Shown in pieces: positions 8,096 to 17,491 of a stretch of 22,601 bases of DNA (positions within the stretch are counted from its first letter, which is position 1; each line of letters begins with the position of its first letter). The notes below the pieces were generated by a model. That model worked only from the letters and a program-made list of their open reading frames with translations. It was not told the DNA's origin and did no database searches. The translations under genes were made by a program, and so were the position numbers. Source of the stretch: an uncultured Verrucomicrobiales bacterium. Lineage in GTDB: Bacteria; Verrucomicrobiota; Verrucomicrobiia; Verrucomicrobiales; DEV007. The stretch is taken from the NCBI GenBank assembly GCA_938091905.1, contig CALKOM010000174.1, forward strand, positions 1 through 22,601, read 5' to 3'.

Positions 8096-9043
8096 ATGCA
8101 CATCTCCAAATTCACCTTAATTACCGCTGCCATACTCGTAACCGCACTGGCGGGCTTCATCCGGTCTGCACAAGCTCAGTGAGGCGGCTGAAAGCTCCCT
8201 GACCTGCCAGTTGGCGGGTCGACAATTCTCGACGGCAACCAAGCAACGGGCTCCTTTCAGCTCGGATTGAGCTACACCTATCGACACAGTGATCGGCTCT
8301 TTAATGGTCAGAGCGGTGTGGCCAATCCGAACAACATCTCAACGACATTTCATCGCATCAGCTTGAATGGTCAGTTCCGCTTTTCCGATGAACTCACATT
8401 GAGTGCCTTTGTGCCTTGGCTTGAAGGGGTCCGCAAGGAGCGTGGCACCACCGATCGCCGACTCAGCGGTCTGGGTGACGTCACCTTGCTGGCGCAATGG
8501 TCACCCTGGGCAGGCGAAGCAGAGGCGCAGCCGTTGCTGAGTGGACTGAGTTTGTTGGGCGGCATCGAACTCCCCACAGGCGAGGACAATGACCAGCCCT
8601 TCACTGGCAATGCGGCGCCTTCGTTGTTCCAACTCGGGAACGGCACCTTCAATCCGAAGTTAGGTTTTAGCTATGGCAAAGCCATCGACAAGTCGTCCTA
8701 CTTCGGCCGCGTCGTGGCCACCATTCCCATCGGAGAAAGCGATGCGGACCTCGATTCTGGCAGTTACCTTCAAGCCAGTGTTGGCACCGGTTACCTACTA
8801 ACAGACACCCTCACCCTGCAACTCAGTGTCGACGGCACGTTTCGCGAGCGAGATCAGCTCAACAACGTTGATGTTAGCAACACAGGCTCGGTTTCCCTAT
8901 CCGTAACTCCAGCAGTCTCTTGGCGCGTGAACGACAAACTTGCCGTTGATGCCTCCGCGAGCATCCCCTTCTTTCACGACGTTCGCAGCACGCAGGTTGC
9001 GCCTGGAACATCCTTCCAATTAGGAGCCCGATTCAATTTCTGA
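8096..9043 (+). CDS. Outer-membrane beta-barrel (MetA-pathway/'transporter'-like), probable selenoprotein with N-terminal UGGU motif, 315 aa
   Basis: ATG 8096 is in frame with ORF 8267..9043 and gives MHISKFTLITAAILVTALAGFIRSAQA-Q-TGA(8180)-G-G-TGA(8189)-KLPDLPVGG... The barrel part has GLGDVTL, ELPTG and QLGNGT motifs and a C-terminal Phe (LGARFNF). The ORF-track version lacks a signal peptide. Confidence 0.82.
8200..8221 (+). promoter_or_regulatory. Candidate bacterial SECIS hairpin
   Basis: GACCUGCC (8201-8208) pairs with GGCGGGUC (8213-8220), 8 bp including one G-U, extendable by U8200-G8221. The AGUU loop carries GU and starts 17 nt after the second UGA and 26 nt after the first. Confidence 0.72.
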
Positions 9044-9046
9044 GCC

Positions 9047-9931
9047 ATGACAACACCAACCAATGGTGGTCAGGATCGAGAGAACGCAGTTAAACGTAGT
9101 CTCGCAGATTTTCCAACGTCCAGAATGCTCAAATTGATCGTCGGCAATTGCCTGCTGCCATTCTTCAGAGGACGCGCCGAGCAGGTTGCCGCTGCTCCTT
9201 TTGGAAAGCCATGGAACGCATTAGACAGACTCCTGCGCAGCGGTCTCTATTCCGAAGCCTTCCGGAAGAAGGATCACAGGCGTCTTCGCGCCTTCCTATC
9301 AAACTACTGGGGAGAGGAAGCCAAGAACTTCCATGACGGTTGGAAAGACCGCTTCGAGCGCATGTTCCTCAAGCACGACGTCGAAGTGATCGATGCCCTT
9401 GAGGAAGAAATGAAGGGTCTAGCATTCGAGCGGCTTTACGAGATCGGCTGCAGCGGTGGCCAAGTTTTGGAGTACTTGGCCGAGCGACTAGCCAGTCTGC
9501 AGAGACTGACGGGTATAGATCTGGGCGAAGATCAAATTGCTGCGAATCGAAAGCAATATGAAAACTCGAAGATGGTCTTCGAGGTAGCAGATGCCACTCA
9601 ATGGATTCCCAAGCATGCTTCTAGCAATAGCGTGTTTGTTACAAACGGCGGTGTCTTTGAGTACTTCCTGCAAGAAGAACTTGAGACGCTTTTCAAGTTC
9701 TTTGCCGACCAAAGAAAACCCGCAGCGGTAGCGTTGATTGAGACCATCGGAATCGATCACAACCTTGAGAGGGAGAAAGACTCTCTCATCTACGGACGCG
9801 AAATGTCTTTCTCTCACAACTACCCACATCTCCTAGAACAAGCCGGGTTCACAATCAAACACCAGTCAGAACGCGTCGGCTTCGAAGTGGATGGTGGCGG
9901 GCGATGGATACGGGTTCTAGCAATGGTTTAA
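9047..9931 (+). CDS. Class I SAM-dependent methyltransferase
   Basis: Motif I LYEIGCSGGQ, then LTGIDLG, FEVADA and VFEY, and a LLEQAGF late motif. It starts 3 nt after the barrel stop. Confidence 0.85.
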   Translation: MTTPTNGGQDRENAVKRSLADFPTSRMLKLIVGNCLLPFFRGRAEQVAAAPFGKPWNALDRLLRSGLYSEAFRKKDHRRLRAFLSNYWGEEAKNFHDGWKDRFERMFLKHDVEVIDALEEEMKGLAFERLYEIGCSGGQVLEYLAERLASLQRLTGIDLGEDQIAANRKQYENSKMVFEVADATQWIPKHASSNSVFVTNGGVFEYFLQEELETLFKFFADQRKPAAVALIETIGIDHNLEREKDSLIYGREMSFSHNYPHLLEQAGFTIKHQSERVGFEVDGGGRWIRVLAMV

Positions 9932-9936
9932 TAGCA

Positions 9937-11262
9937 ATGCGTCGCATAGATACAGAGGTCTTTCGACTGGCGCTCATCACCGCCAGCGTGCTTCTTGTGT
10001 CTTGTCAAACAGCGCCGAAGCCTGTAGGTGCTGTATCAGAGGACTCTGATACAGCACCTACCTTCGAGCCGTCAGCCTATATAGTGGAAGTGTCTGATGC
10101 CGAAGGTCTCGTTCAGTTAGGAATGCAATATCATCCCGGTATCCGGGCAGGTGAGGCGAAGGTTCGGCGACTTGCCGCAAAGGTTGACCAAGTAACTGCC
10201 TTACCTGATCCAAAAGCTAAGATTTCCGCCGGTAACATGGCGGAAACAGCTGCTGGCCGTGTGGACTTCATGGCGGGTGTGGAGCAGGTCATTCCCTTTC
10301 CGGGGAAACTTCGAGAGCAAGGTCAGATCGCAGGACGGGAAGCAGCCGTCGCTTTAGCCGACCTCGAAGCGCTGCGGCTGCAGGTCGCTGAGCGCATTCG
10401 TCAGGCCTATTGCAGCTACTTTCTTGCCGTGAAAACGACGGAGATCACTCGGCAAAGTCGCAGTGTGTTGGAGCTTGTTAGAAACACCATCGATGCCCGT
10501 GTCGCGGCTAACCAGGCGTCCCAGGGAGACCAATTAAAGTTGTCCACCGAGTTGGGGAACATCGATAAGGTCCTCGTTCAGTCCAGGCAGCGAGAGCAGA
10601 GCTCCAAAGCCAGCCTCAATGCACTGCTCAATCGCCCAGCAGGCGCGAGCTTGCCTGTTCCTAGCAACGTTGCTTCGCCACAGACTCGTGAGTTGAATGC
10701 TTTGTTAGCCAAAGCGGAGACGGTTCATCCAGATGTGGCGTCAAGCCGGGCGCAAATCCAATCCTTACAGCATCGTTTAAAGGCTGCGGAACTGGACCGG
10801 TATCCGAACTTCGTTCTTGGATTGCAGCACGCTTTGGTTTCGGACTCGGGACTGGCGCCATCGGCCAATGGCCGCGACCAAGTCTTTGCGAGCATCGGCA
10901 TCAATATCCCGCTCTGGCAGAAACCCAGACGCGCAAAGATACGCGAAGCGGCGGCAAGCATAGACGAAGCGCAGTCGCAACTAGCCGCTGTCCGAGCCGA
11001 TCTGCGATTCCGAGTCGAGGATGCCTGGCTTCGCCTACAATCCTCCCTTGAACTCATTGCACTGTTTGATCAACGCATCCTGCCGGAATCGAAACAGGCC
11101 TTCAATGTCTCCATACAAAGCTACGCGGCGGATAGGCTGACCTTCCTTGAAGTGCTCGACACCTGGCGGCAATGGTTAGGCTATCAACTACAACAAACAC
11201 AGAATTACGCCTCTCTCGGCCAAGCGACTGCGGCTCTCCACAGTGCCTCTGGCGAACTCTAA
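9937..11262 (+). CDS. cusC: TolC/CusC-family outer-membrane efflux lipoprotein
   Basis: Lipobox LLVSC after ATG 9937, and outer-membrane-efflux repeats (ALPDP, EQVIPFPGK, LNALLNRP, YPNF, INIPLW, TFLEVLD). It lies directly upstream of the MFP and RND genes. Confidence 0.88.
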   Translation: MRRIDTEVFRLALITASVLLVSCQTAPKPVGAVSEDSDTAPTFEPSAYIVEVSDAEGLVQLGMQYHPGIRAGEAKVRRLAAKVDQVTALPDPKAKISAGNMAETAAGRVDFMAGVEQVIPFPGKLREQGQIAGREAAVALADLEALRLQVAERIRQAYCSYFLAVKTTEITRQSRSVLELVRNTIDARVAANQASQGDQLKLSTELGNIDKVLVQSRQREQSSKASLNALLNRPAGASLPVPSNVASPQTRELNALLAKAETVHPDVASSRAQIQSLQHRLKAAELDRYPNFVLGLQHALVSDSGLAPSANGRDQVFASIGINIPLWQKPRRAKIREAAASIDEAQSQLAAVRADLRFRVEDAWLRLQSSLELIALFDQRILPESKQAFNVSIQSYAADRLTFLEVLDTWRQWLGYQLQQTQNYASLGQATAALHSASGEL

Positions 11263-11280
11263 TTCGAACCGCATGTCCTC

Positions 11281-13551
11281 ATGAAACCGATTCATTACTT
11301 GCACAAGCTTCGTCCTGCTTTGATCCCGATCTTGGCGCTCAGCCTGTTTCTGTTAGGTTGGTATGTGGGACTTCCCGTGAAGAAGACTACTTCGAATTCT
11401 AGTGAGAAGAGCGAGAACCTTTGGACTTGCTCCATGCACCCCCAGATTCAGCAACTCAATCCAGGGCTTTGCCCCATCTGTGAGATGGAGTTGATCCCGC
11501 TTCAACGCAGTGAAGGAGGCGGGCTTCGGGAAGTTGCCGTAACGCCGGAAGCAGCCGCTCTCATGGACCTGCGGGTGAGTCCTATAGTGCGGCAGCCTGC
11601 TCATACCAAGATTCGTCTGTTTGGAAAGCTGGCATACGACGAGCGGCGGGCGACCATTACCGCGGCACGAGTTGAAGGGCGATTGGATCGCTTCTACATC
11701 GACTACACGGGCACCTTTGTCAGCAAGGGCGACCACATCGCTGAAGTCTATAGCCCGCAGTTGCTAGTCGCACAGAAGGAACTCATCCTGGCAGTGCAGA
11801 GTTTCCGACGAGTCAAAGAGACCGGACAAGCAGCCGCCATCGATACCCAACGTCGTTTACTAGAAGGCTCTCGCGAGAAACTACGTTTACTGGAACTCAC
11901 GCCACAGCAAATTGAAGGGATCGAGAAACAAGCGGCGCCATCGGATCACATCACGCTCTATGCTCCCATGGATGGCGTGGTCACACATCGCAACGTTTCC
12001 GAAGGCGACTATGTGAAGACTGGTCAGCCGCTATTCGCGGTCGCTGATCTCAAGAGCTTGTGGATGAATGCGGAAGCCTTTGAATCCGATCTTCAGTGGC
12101 TGCACTTTGCCCAAGAAATCGAGTTCACGGTAGAAGCTCTGCCTGGAAGAACGTTCTCCGGAAGAGTAGCCTACATTGATCAACAGATCGATCCAATGCG
12201 GCGCGTGGCCAAAGTGCGAGTCAACGTGACTAACGAAGACCTCGTTCTAAAGCCTGGAATGTTTGCTACAGCTGTAGTGGACGTGAAAGTCGCTGCAGAC
12301 GGTTCGGTCATCGATCCTGATCTGGCCGGAAAATGGATCAGCCCCATGCACCCTGAGGTCATTCAGGATGGACCGGGGCAATGCACCATCTGTGGCATGG
12401 ATCTCGTTCCTGCAGAAGAGTTAGGCTTCATCCGTTCGGGCGACACGACACACAAGAACCCACTCTTGATCCCTGCTTCCGCCATTCTCAGGACGGGAAA
12501 TCGTGCGGTAACCTACGTGCGCCTGACAGACAAATCCGAGCCATCCTTCGAAGGACGCGAGCTGGTGCTCGGCCCCCGCGTAGGAGACTACTTCATTGTT
12601 GAAAGCGGTTTAACAGAAGGCGAGCTCGTCGTGAGTCGTGGTGCCTTCAAGCTCGATTCAGAACTGCAGATCAAGGCGAAGCCATCCATGATGAATGCCA
12701 ACGCCGGCTTGACAGAAGCGCCCGCTCAATCGGCACCTGAGGCCCTGGCAGGACAATGGCAGCCTGTGTTACGCGGGCTGGGACGTTTCAAACAAGCCGC
12801 TCTGGCCAACGATGCCACGGCTGGCGCACAAGCCTTAGAACACATAGCGGCCACGATCGCGGTAGTGAACGAGGACTCGTTTCAACCAGATACTCTCAAG
12901 TTGTGGATGGAATTCTCTAACCGCCTGATCAATAGCGTCGCTCTTGCGAAAAAGCACGTGAGCCATCATCCCGCAAATGCCTATCAAACCGTCAGCCGCG
13001 CGGTGGAGGAAGCAGGGGTTCACCTGGGACTTCCTTATCAAGTTCCTGAGATGTCGACCGTGGCTGCGGATCCTGCCGTCACCAAGGCCTTGCCCAAGAT
13101 TCTTGAGAACTACTTCAAAGTAAGTCGTAGCCTGTCAGGTGATAATCTAAAAGCAGGACAGCATCACCGTGCTGCATTGCAACGCGCTGCTGATTCGCTT
13201 CCACAGACTGATGCAGCGAGGGAGTATCAGAATGCCATTAAAACGTTAGTCAGTGCAAATGACATAGCTGAATTAAGGTCCGCATTCGAGCCTGTTAGCA
13301 CGCAGCTAACAGAACTGGTTAGGCAACACGGCGAGGACAGGGTTGGAAGCGTCTATGTGCTGCATTGCCCCATGGCCTTTGACAACAAGGGAGCCAACTG
13401 GCTATCCCACAAAAGCAAGATCGAGAATCCCTACTTTGGTTCGGACATGTTCTCATGTGGAAGTGTGAAGGCGACCTTATCAATCGACATAGCGCAAGGG
13501 CTCATGAATAAAGCGGAGATGCCCGATCCTCATGTCGGACATCAACACTAG
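11281..13551 (+). CDS. cusB: CusB-family periplasmic adaptor with two heavy-metal-binding domains and a C-terminal DUF3347-like domain
   Basis: WTCSMHPQI..PGLCPICEMEL, the YSPQLLVAQKE, APMDGVV and LKPGMFA adaptor core, WISPMHPEV..PGQCTICGMDL, and a C-terminal HCPMAFDNKGANWL...NPYFGSDMFSCG. Confidence 0.92.
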   Translation: MKPIHYLHKLRPALIPILALSLFLLGWYVGLPVKKTTSNSSEKSENLWTCSMHPQIQQLNPGLCPICEMELIPLQRSEGGGLREVAVTPEAAALMDLRVSPIVRQPAHTKIRLFGKLAYDERRATITAARVEGRLDRFYIDYTGTFVSKGDHIAEVYSPQLLVAQKELILAVQSFRRVKETGQAAAIDTQRRLLEGSREKLRLLELTPQQIEGIEKQAAPSDHITLYAPMDGVVTHRNVSEGDYVKTGQPLFAVADLKSLWMNAEAFESDLQWLHFAQEIEFTVEALPGRTFSGRVAYIDQQIDPMRRVAKVRVNVTNEDLVLKPGMFATAVVDVKVAADGSVIDPDLAGKWISPMHPEVIQDGPGQCTICGMDLVPAEELGFIRSGDTTHKNPLLIPASAILRTGNRAVTYVRLTDKSEPSFEGRELVLGPRVGDYFIVESGLTEGELVVSRGAFKLDSELQIKAKPSMMNANAGLTEAPAQSAPEALAGQWQPVLRGLGRFKQAALANDATAGAQALEHIAATIAVVNEDSFQPDTLKLWMEFSNRLINSVALAKKHVSHHPANAYQTVSRAVEEAGVHLGLPYQVPEMSTVAADPAVTKALPKILENYFKVSRSLSGDNLKAGQHHRAALQRAADSLPQTDAAREYQNAIKTLVSANDIAELRSAFEPVSTQLTELVRQHGEDRVGSVYVLHCPMAFDNKGANWLSHKSKIENPYFGSDMFSCGSVKATLSIDIAQGLMNKAEMPDPHVGHQH

Positions 13552-13557
13552 CATGCC

Positions 13558-16500
13558 ATGAATCGCCTCATCCATTTCTGTCTGCATCAGAAGCTGGTCG
13601 TCCTGCTGCTTCTCAGCTTCTTCATTGGGTGGGGCATCCGCGTGGCTCCCTTTGATTGGGACACCGGCTCCTTCCCGCGCGATCCCGTCGTCGTTGATGC
13701 CATTCCTGATCTGGGTGACAACCAGCAGATCGTCTTCACCGCCTACCCGGGACGTTCTCCCCAGGATGTGGAAGATCAGGTCGGCTACCCCCTCACGGTA
13801 TCGTTGCTAGGCTTGCCAGGTGTGCGCGAGGTGAGGAGTTACTCGATGTTCGGCTACTCCTACATCTATCTCATCTTTGAGGAAGATGTTGAATTTTACT
13901 GGTCTCGCAGCCGAGTGTTAGAAAAACTGAACAGTCTCCCGGCCAATCTATTGCCAAGCGAGGTGACACCTTCACTAGGGCCGGATGCCACGGGACTGGG
14001 ACAGGTCTATTGGTACTTGCTCGAAGGCCAGGACCCCGATGGCAAGCCCGTCGGAGGTTGGGACCTGGATGAGTTACGCTCCGTTCAAGACTGGCAGGTG
14101 CGCTATGCCTTGTTGGGCGCGCGTGGGGTGGCGGACGTGTCTTCCGTGGGCGGTTTTGTCAGGCAATACCAGGTAGAAGTTGATCCCACAGCGCTCTTGG
14201 CGAACAACGTGGCTCTCGCAGACGTCGCGAATGCAGTGCGCAAGTCTAATCAGGAGATTGGCGCACGGAACCTGGCGGTGAATGGCGTCGAGTATATCCT
14301 GCGTGGAACCGGATATATCCGCGAGTTGGACGATCTGCGCGATGCCGTAGTGACGGTGCGCGAGAACACGCCGATCACGGTTGGCGATGTGGCCACAGTT
14401 CAGTTAGGCCCGGACATGCGCCGTGGTGCCCTCGACTTGAATGGAGCCGATGCGGTCGGTGGCGTGGTGGTGTCGCGGTTTGGTGCCAATCCCCTGACGG
14501 CGATTAAGGAAGTGAAGAAGAAAGTCGCAGAAGTCACGGAAGCTTTGCCGATGCGAGGACTTATCGATTGGACGTCGACTACAAGAGAGGAAGTGGAGAC
14601 GTTTGCGAAAGAGCAAAGAATCGATTCGGTTTTTGACGGAGATGGCCCATCGACAGCTCTGAACCACGAAGCTTGGCTGGCTTGGGCTAATGTGACTCCG
14701 CGCGAAGAATGGCCGGGCTGGTTTACCACGTCCAAGGTTTCCATCGTGTCGTTCTATGATCGATCGGGGCTGATCGCGGAAACACTCAACACCTTGGATG
14801 AGGCTCTGCTCCAACAAATTCTGATCACGATCATTGTCGTTGTCCTGATGGTTCTTCATCTGCGCACGAGCATGCTGATTTCGGTAATGCTCCCACTGGC
14901 AGTGCTCATCACGTTCATTGCGATGAAACTCTTTGGTGTCGATGCCAATGTCGTCGCGTTGTCTGGCATCGCCATTGCCATCGGGACGGTGGTGGACGTC
15001 GGGATCGTGCTCACAGAGAATATCCTGAAGCACCTGGATGAAGCGGATCTGGGCGAGGCGAAGAGTGCGGTGATCTATCGTGCCGTGACGGAAGTTGCCT
15101 CTGCCGTCAGCACTTCGGTGGCTACCACGGTGGTAAGTTTCCTCCCAGTGATCACCATGACGGGGGAAGCAGGACGACTCTTTCGCCCACTCGCTTATAC
15201 TAAGACTTTTGCATTGATCGCTTCGATTATCGTAGCCCTAACGATCATTCCCCCAACCGCGCACTTACTACTCGGGTCCATCCCCAAATTCATTCGTGAG
15301 CGGCGCACATGGACGTCAGTCCTAGCGCTGACAGCGTCGGTGATTGCCGTCAGTATCTCGTGGATGCTCGCCTTCGCTCTCGCTCTCTTTGCTGTGGTCG
15401 CCTTTCTAGCGCCGCAGATCACCGAGCGTTGGCAGCGAAGAGGTTTCTATCTCGTCAACGCCTTTGTCAGTCTACTGGTGGCTTGGATTCTCACCGAGCA
15501 ATGGATGCCCTTGGGCCTTGATCGGGCCACGATCGCGAATCTGTTCTTCGTCTTTCTATGCGTTGGAGGATTGCTCGGGGCGTTTCGCCTCTTTGAACGC
15601 AGCTATGGCCCACTGTTGTGCTGGTGCCTCGAACACAAAGGCACTTTTCTCCTTGCTCCATTAGCGTTGTTTGTTACCGCACTTTGCGTTTGGTTAGGTT
15701 TTCCGAAGGTCTTCTCCTTCATGCCCAAGATCCTAGGAGCGGGCATCACCGAGACGCGTCTTTGGGAAGAAGCCGCCAATCGATTCCCCGGCCTTGGGCG
15801 CGAGTTTCGACCGTCTTTGGACGAGGGTTCGTTTCTCTTCATGCCCACGGTGAGCCCGCATGCCTCCATTGATGAATCCATCGATACACTGCGCAAACTT
15901 GATGCCGCCATCGCCACCGTGCCGGAGGTCCATCAAGTCGTGGGCAAGATTGGTCGTGTTGAATCACCATTAGACCCTGCTCCCATTTCCATGATTGAAA
16001 CGGTGATCAATTATCGGTCTGAGTTTATTACGGATGCCAAGGGACGCGCCCTGCGATTCAAGATCGATTCAGACGGCGACTTTCTCTATCAGAATGATGA
16101 ATTGATACCCGATCCTGACGGAAGGCCTTTCCGGCAATGGCGACCGCATATCGAGGCACCAGGAGACATTTGGCTGGAGATCGAGAAGGTCGCGAGGCTC
16201 CCTGGAGCCACCAGCGCGCCTAAGTTGCAACCGATCGAGACACGGCTCGTCATGCTGCGCACGGGGATGCGCGCGCCGATGGGCATGAAGATCAAGGGGC
16301 CATCCCTAACATCAATCGAGCAGTTTGGGCTTGATGTGGAGAGGTTGCTTCGTGCAGCTCCCATTTCCGGGCTCAATGTGGCTACAGTCAATGCCGATCG
16401 GATCGTAGGAAAACCCTACTTGGAGATCGTTCCAGACCGGCAAGCCGCCAAACGCTATGGTCTCAATGTTAAGGACATTCACGACACTATTCACATGGCC

Positions 16501-17469
16501 GTAGGCGGCATGGTTGTCTCGACAACCGTTGAAGGTCGAGAGCGCTATGGTGTGCAAGTGCGTTACGCGCGTGAGAAGCGGGACTCTATTGAAGCGTTAG
16601 AGCGAACTTTGGTAATAAGTCGAGAAGGCGCGCAAGTGCCCTTAACGCAACTCGCAGAGATCCGCTATGTGCGTGGACCCCAGGTCATCAAGTCGGAAGA
16701 CACCTTCCTAACGGGCTACGTCACTTTCGGCTCCAATCCAGGCTTCGCCGAAGTGAATGTCGTGGAAGCTGTCGAGGCCTATCTGGCCAACAAAGAATCC
16801 TCTGGAGAATTGAGGGTCCCCGATGGCGTGCGTTACCAATTTGCCGGCAATTACCAAGCTGCCTTGGAGTTCAATAAGACTTTGCTCGTCATGCTGCCCA
16901 TCTCTCTTCTCTCAATCTTCATGTTACTCTATCTCAATAACAGATCGGTTGTCTCAACGGGTATTGTTTTTATGGGCGTTGTCGTGGCCTGGTCTGGCGG
17001 CTTTCTGCTTCTTTGGCTCTATGGGCAACCTGGATTCCTCGATGTGAATCTATTCGGTCACAATTTACGCGATCTCTTTCAAGTGCATCCTATTAATCTA
17101 TCAATCGCTGTTTGGGTGGGTTTCTTAGCGCTCTTCGGCATTGCCACCGATGACGGTGTGGTCATCTCCACTTATCTACGCCAGAAATTCGAGGAACTCA
17201 AACCTAACACGATCACTGAGATTCGTCGAGCCACACTCGAAGCTGGTCTGCGCCGGGTTCGTCCCTGCCTGATGACCACTGCAACCACGATGTTAGCGCT
17301 CTTGCCCGTCCTCACCTCCACCGGCCGCGGATCCGATATCATGGCCCCCATGGCCGTTCCTATCTTCGGTGGTATGGCCATCGAACTCATGACCATGTTT
17401 GTTGTCCCCGTCCTCTTCTGCCTTTCAAAAGAGATTCTTTCAAAACGCCAACGGGCAAGATTAATCTAA
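13558..17469 (+). CDS. cusA: CusA-family heavy-metal RND permease (Cu(I)/Ag(I) type)
   Basis: GRSPQDVEDQVGYPL, LGPDATGLGQVYWY, LSGIAIAIGTVVD and RVRPCLMT motifs. The Met-triad equivalents FLFMPT, ISMIET and LVMLRTG are present. Confidence 0.94.
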   Translation: MNRLIHFCLHQKLVVLLLLSFFIGWGIRVAPFDWDTGSFPRDPVVVDAIPDLGDNQQIVFTAYPGRSPQDVEDQVGYPLTVSLLGLPGVREVRSYSMFGYSYIYLIFEEDVEFYWSRSRVLEKLNSLPANLLPSEVTPSLGPDATGLGQVYWYLLEGQDPDGKPVGGWDLDELRSVQDWQVRYALLGARGVADVSSVGGFVRQYQVEVDPTALLANNVALADVANAVRKSNQEIGARNLAVNGVEYILRGTGYIRELDDLRDAVVTVRENTPITVGDVATVQLGPDMRRGALDLNGADAVGGVVVSRFGANPLTAIKEVKKKVAEVTEALPMRGLIDWTSTTREEVETFAKEQRIDSVFDGDGPSTALNHEAWLAWANVTPREEWPGWFTTSKVSIVSFYDRSGLIAETLNTLDEALLQQILITIIVVVLMVLHLRTSMLISVMLPLAVLITFIAMKLFGVDANVVALSGIAIAIGTVVDVGIVLTENILKHLDEADLGEAKSAVIYRAVTEVASAVSTSVATTVVSFLPVITMTGEAGRLFRPLAYTKTFALIASIIVALTIIPPTAHLLLGSIPKFIRERRTWTSVLALTASVIAVSISWMLAFALALFAVVAFLAPQITERWQRRGFYLVNAFVSLLVAWILTEQWMPLGLDRATIANLFFVFLCVGGLLGAFRLFERSYGPLLCWCLEHKGTFLLAPLALFVTALCVWLGFPKVFSFMPKILGAGITETRLWEEAANRFPGLGREFRPSLDEGSFLFMPTVSPHASIDESIDTLRKLDAAIATVPEVHQVVGKIGRVESPLDPAPISMIETVINYRSEFITDAKGRALRFKIDSDGDFLYQNDELIPDPDGRPFRQWRPHIEAPGDIWLEIEKVARLPGATSAPKLQPIETRLVMLRTGMRAPMGMKIKGPSLTSIEQFGLDVERLLRAAPISGLNVATVNADRIVGKPYLEIVPDRQAAKRYGLNVKDIHDTIHMAVGGMVVSTTVEGRERYGVQVRYAREKRDSIEALERTLVISREGAQVPLTQLAEIRYVRGPQVIKSEDTFLTGYVTFGSNPGFAEVNVVEAVEAYLANKESSGELRVPDGVRYQFAGNYQAALEFNKTLLVMLPISLLSIFMLLYLNNRSVVSTGIVFMGVVVAWSGGFLLLWLYGQPGFLDVNLFGHNLRDLFQVHPINLSIAVWVGFLALFGIATDDGVVISTYLRQKFEELKPNTITEIRRATLEAGLRRVRPCLMTTATTMLALLPVLTSTGRGSDIMAPMAVPIFGGMAIELMTMFVVPVLFCLSKEILSKRQRARLI

Positions 17470-17491
17470 TCCAGATTATACCAACCAATCC

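Noticed and set aside
8180..8191. UGA reassigned genome-wide to Trp or Gly (genetic code 4 or 25)
   Set aside because: TGA serves as the normal stop at 165-167, 7822-7824, 9041-9043 and 19014-19016, and the long intact genes have no internal TGA.
8096..8266. Barrel gene as another pseudogene of the decaying region
   Set aside because: Not formally excluded. However, two stops that are both TGA, in CxxC spacing, right after the signal cleavage site and followed by a SECIS-like hairpin, in an otherwise undamaged gene, is unlike the mixed frameshift/TAA/TAG damage in the real pseudogenes here.
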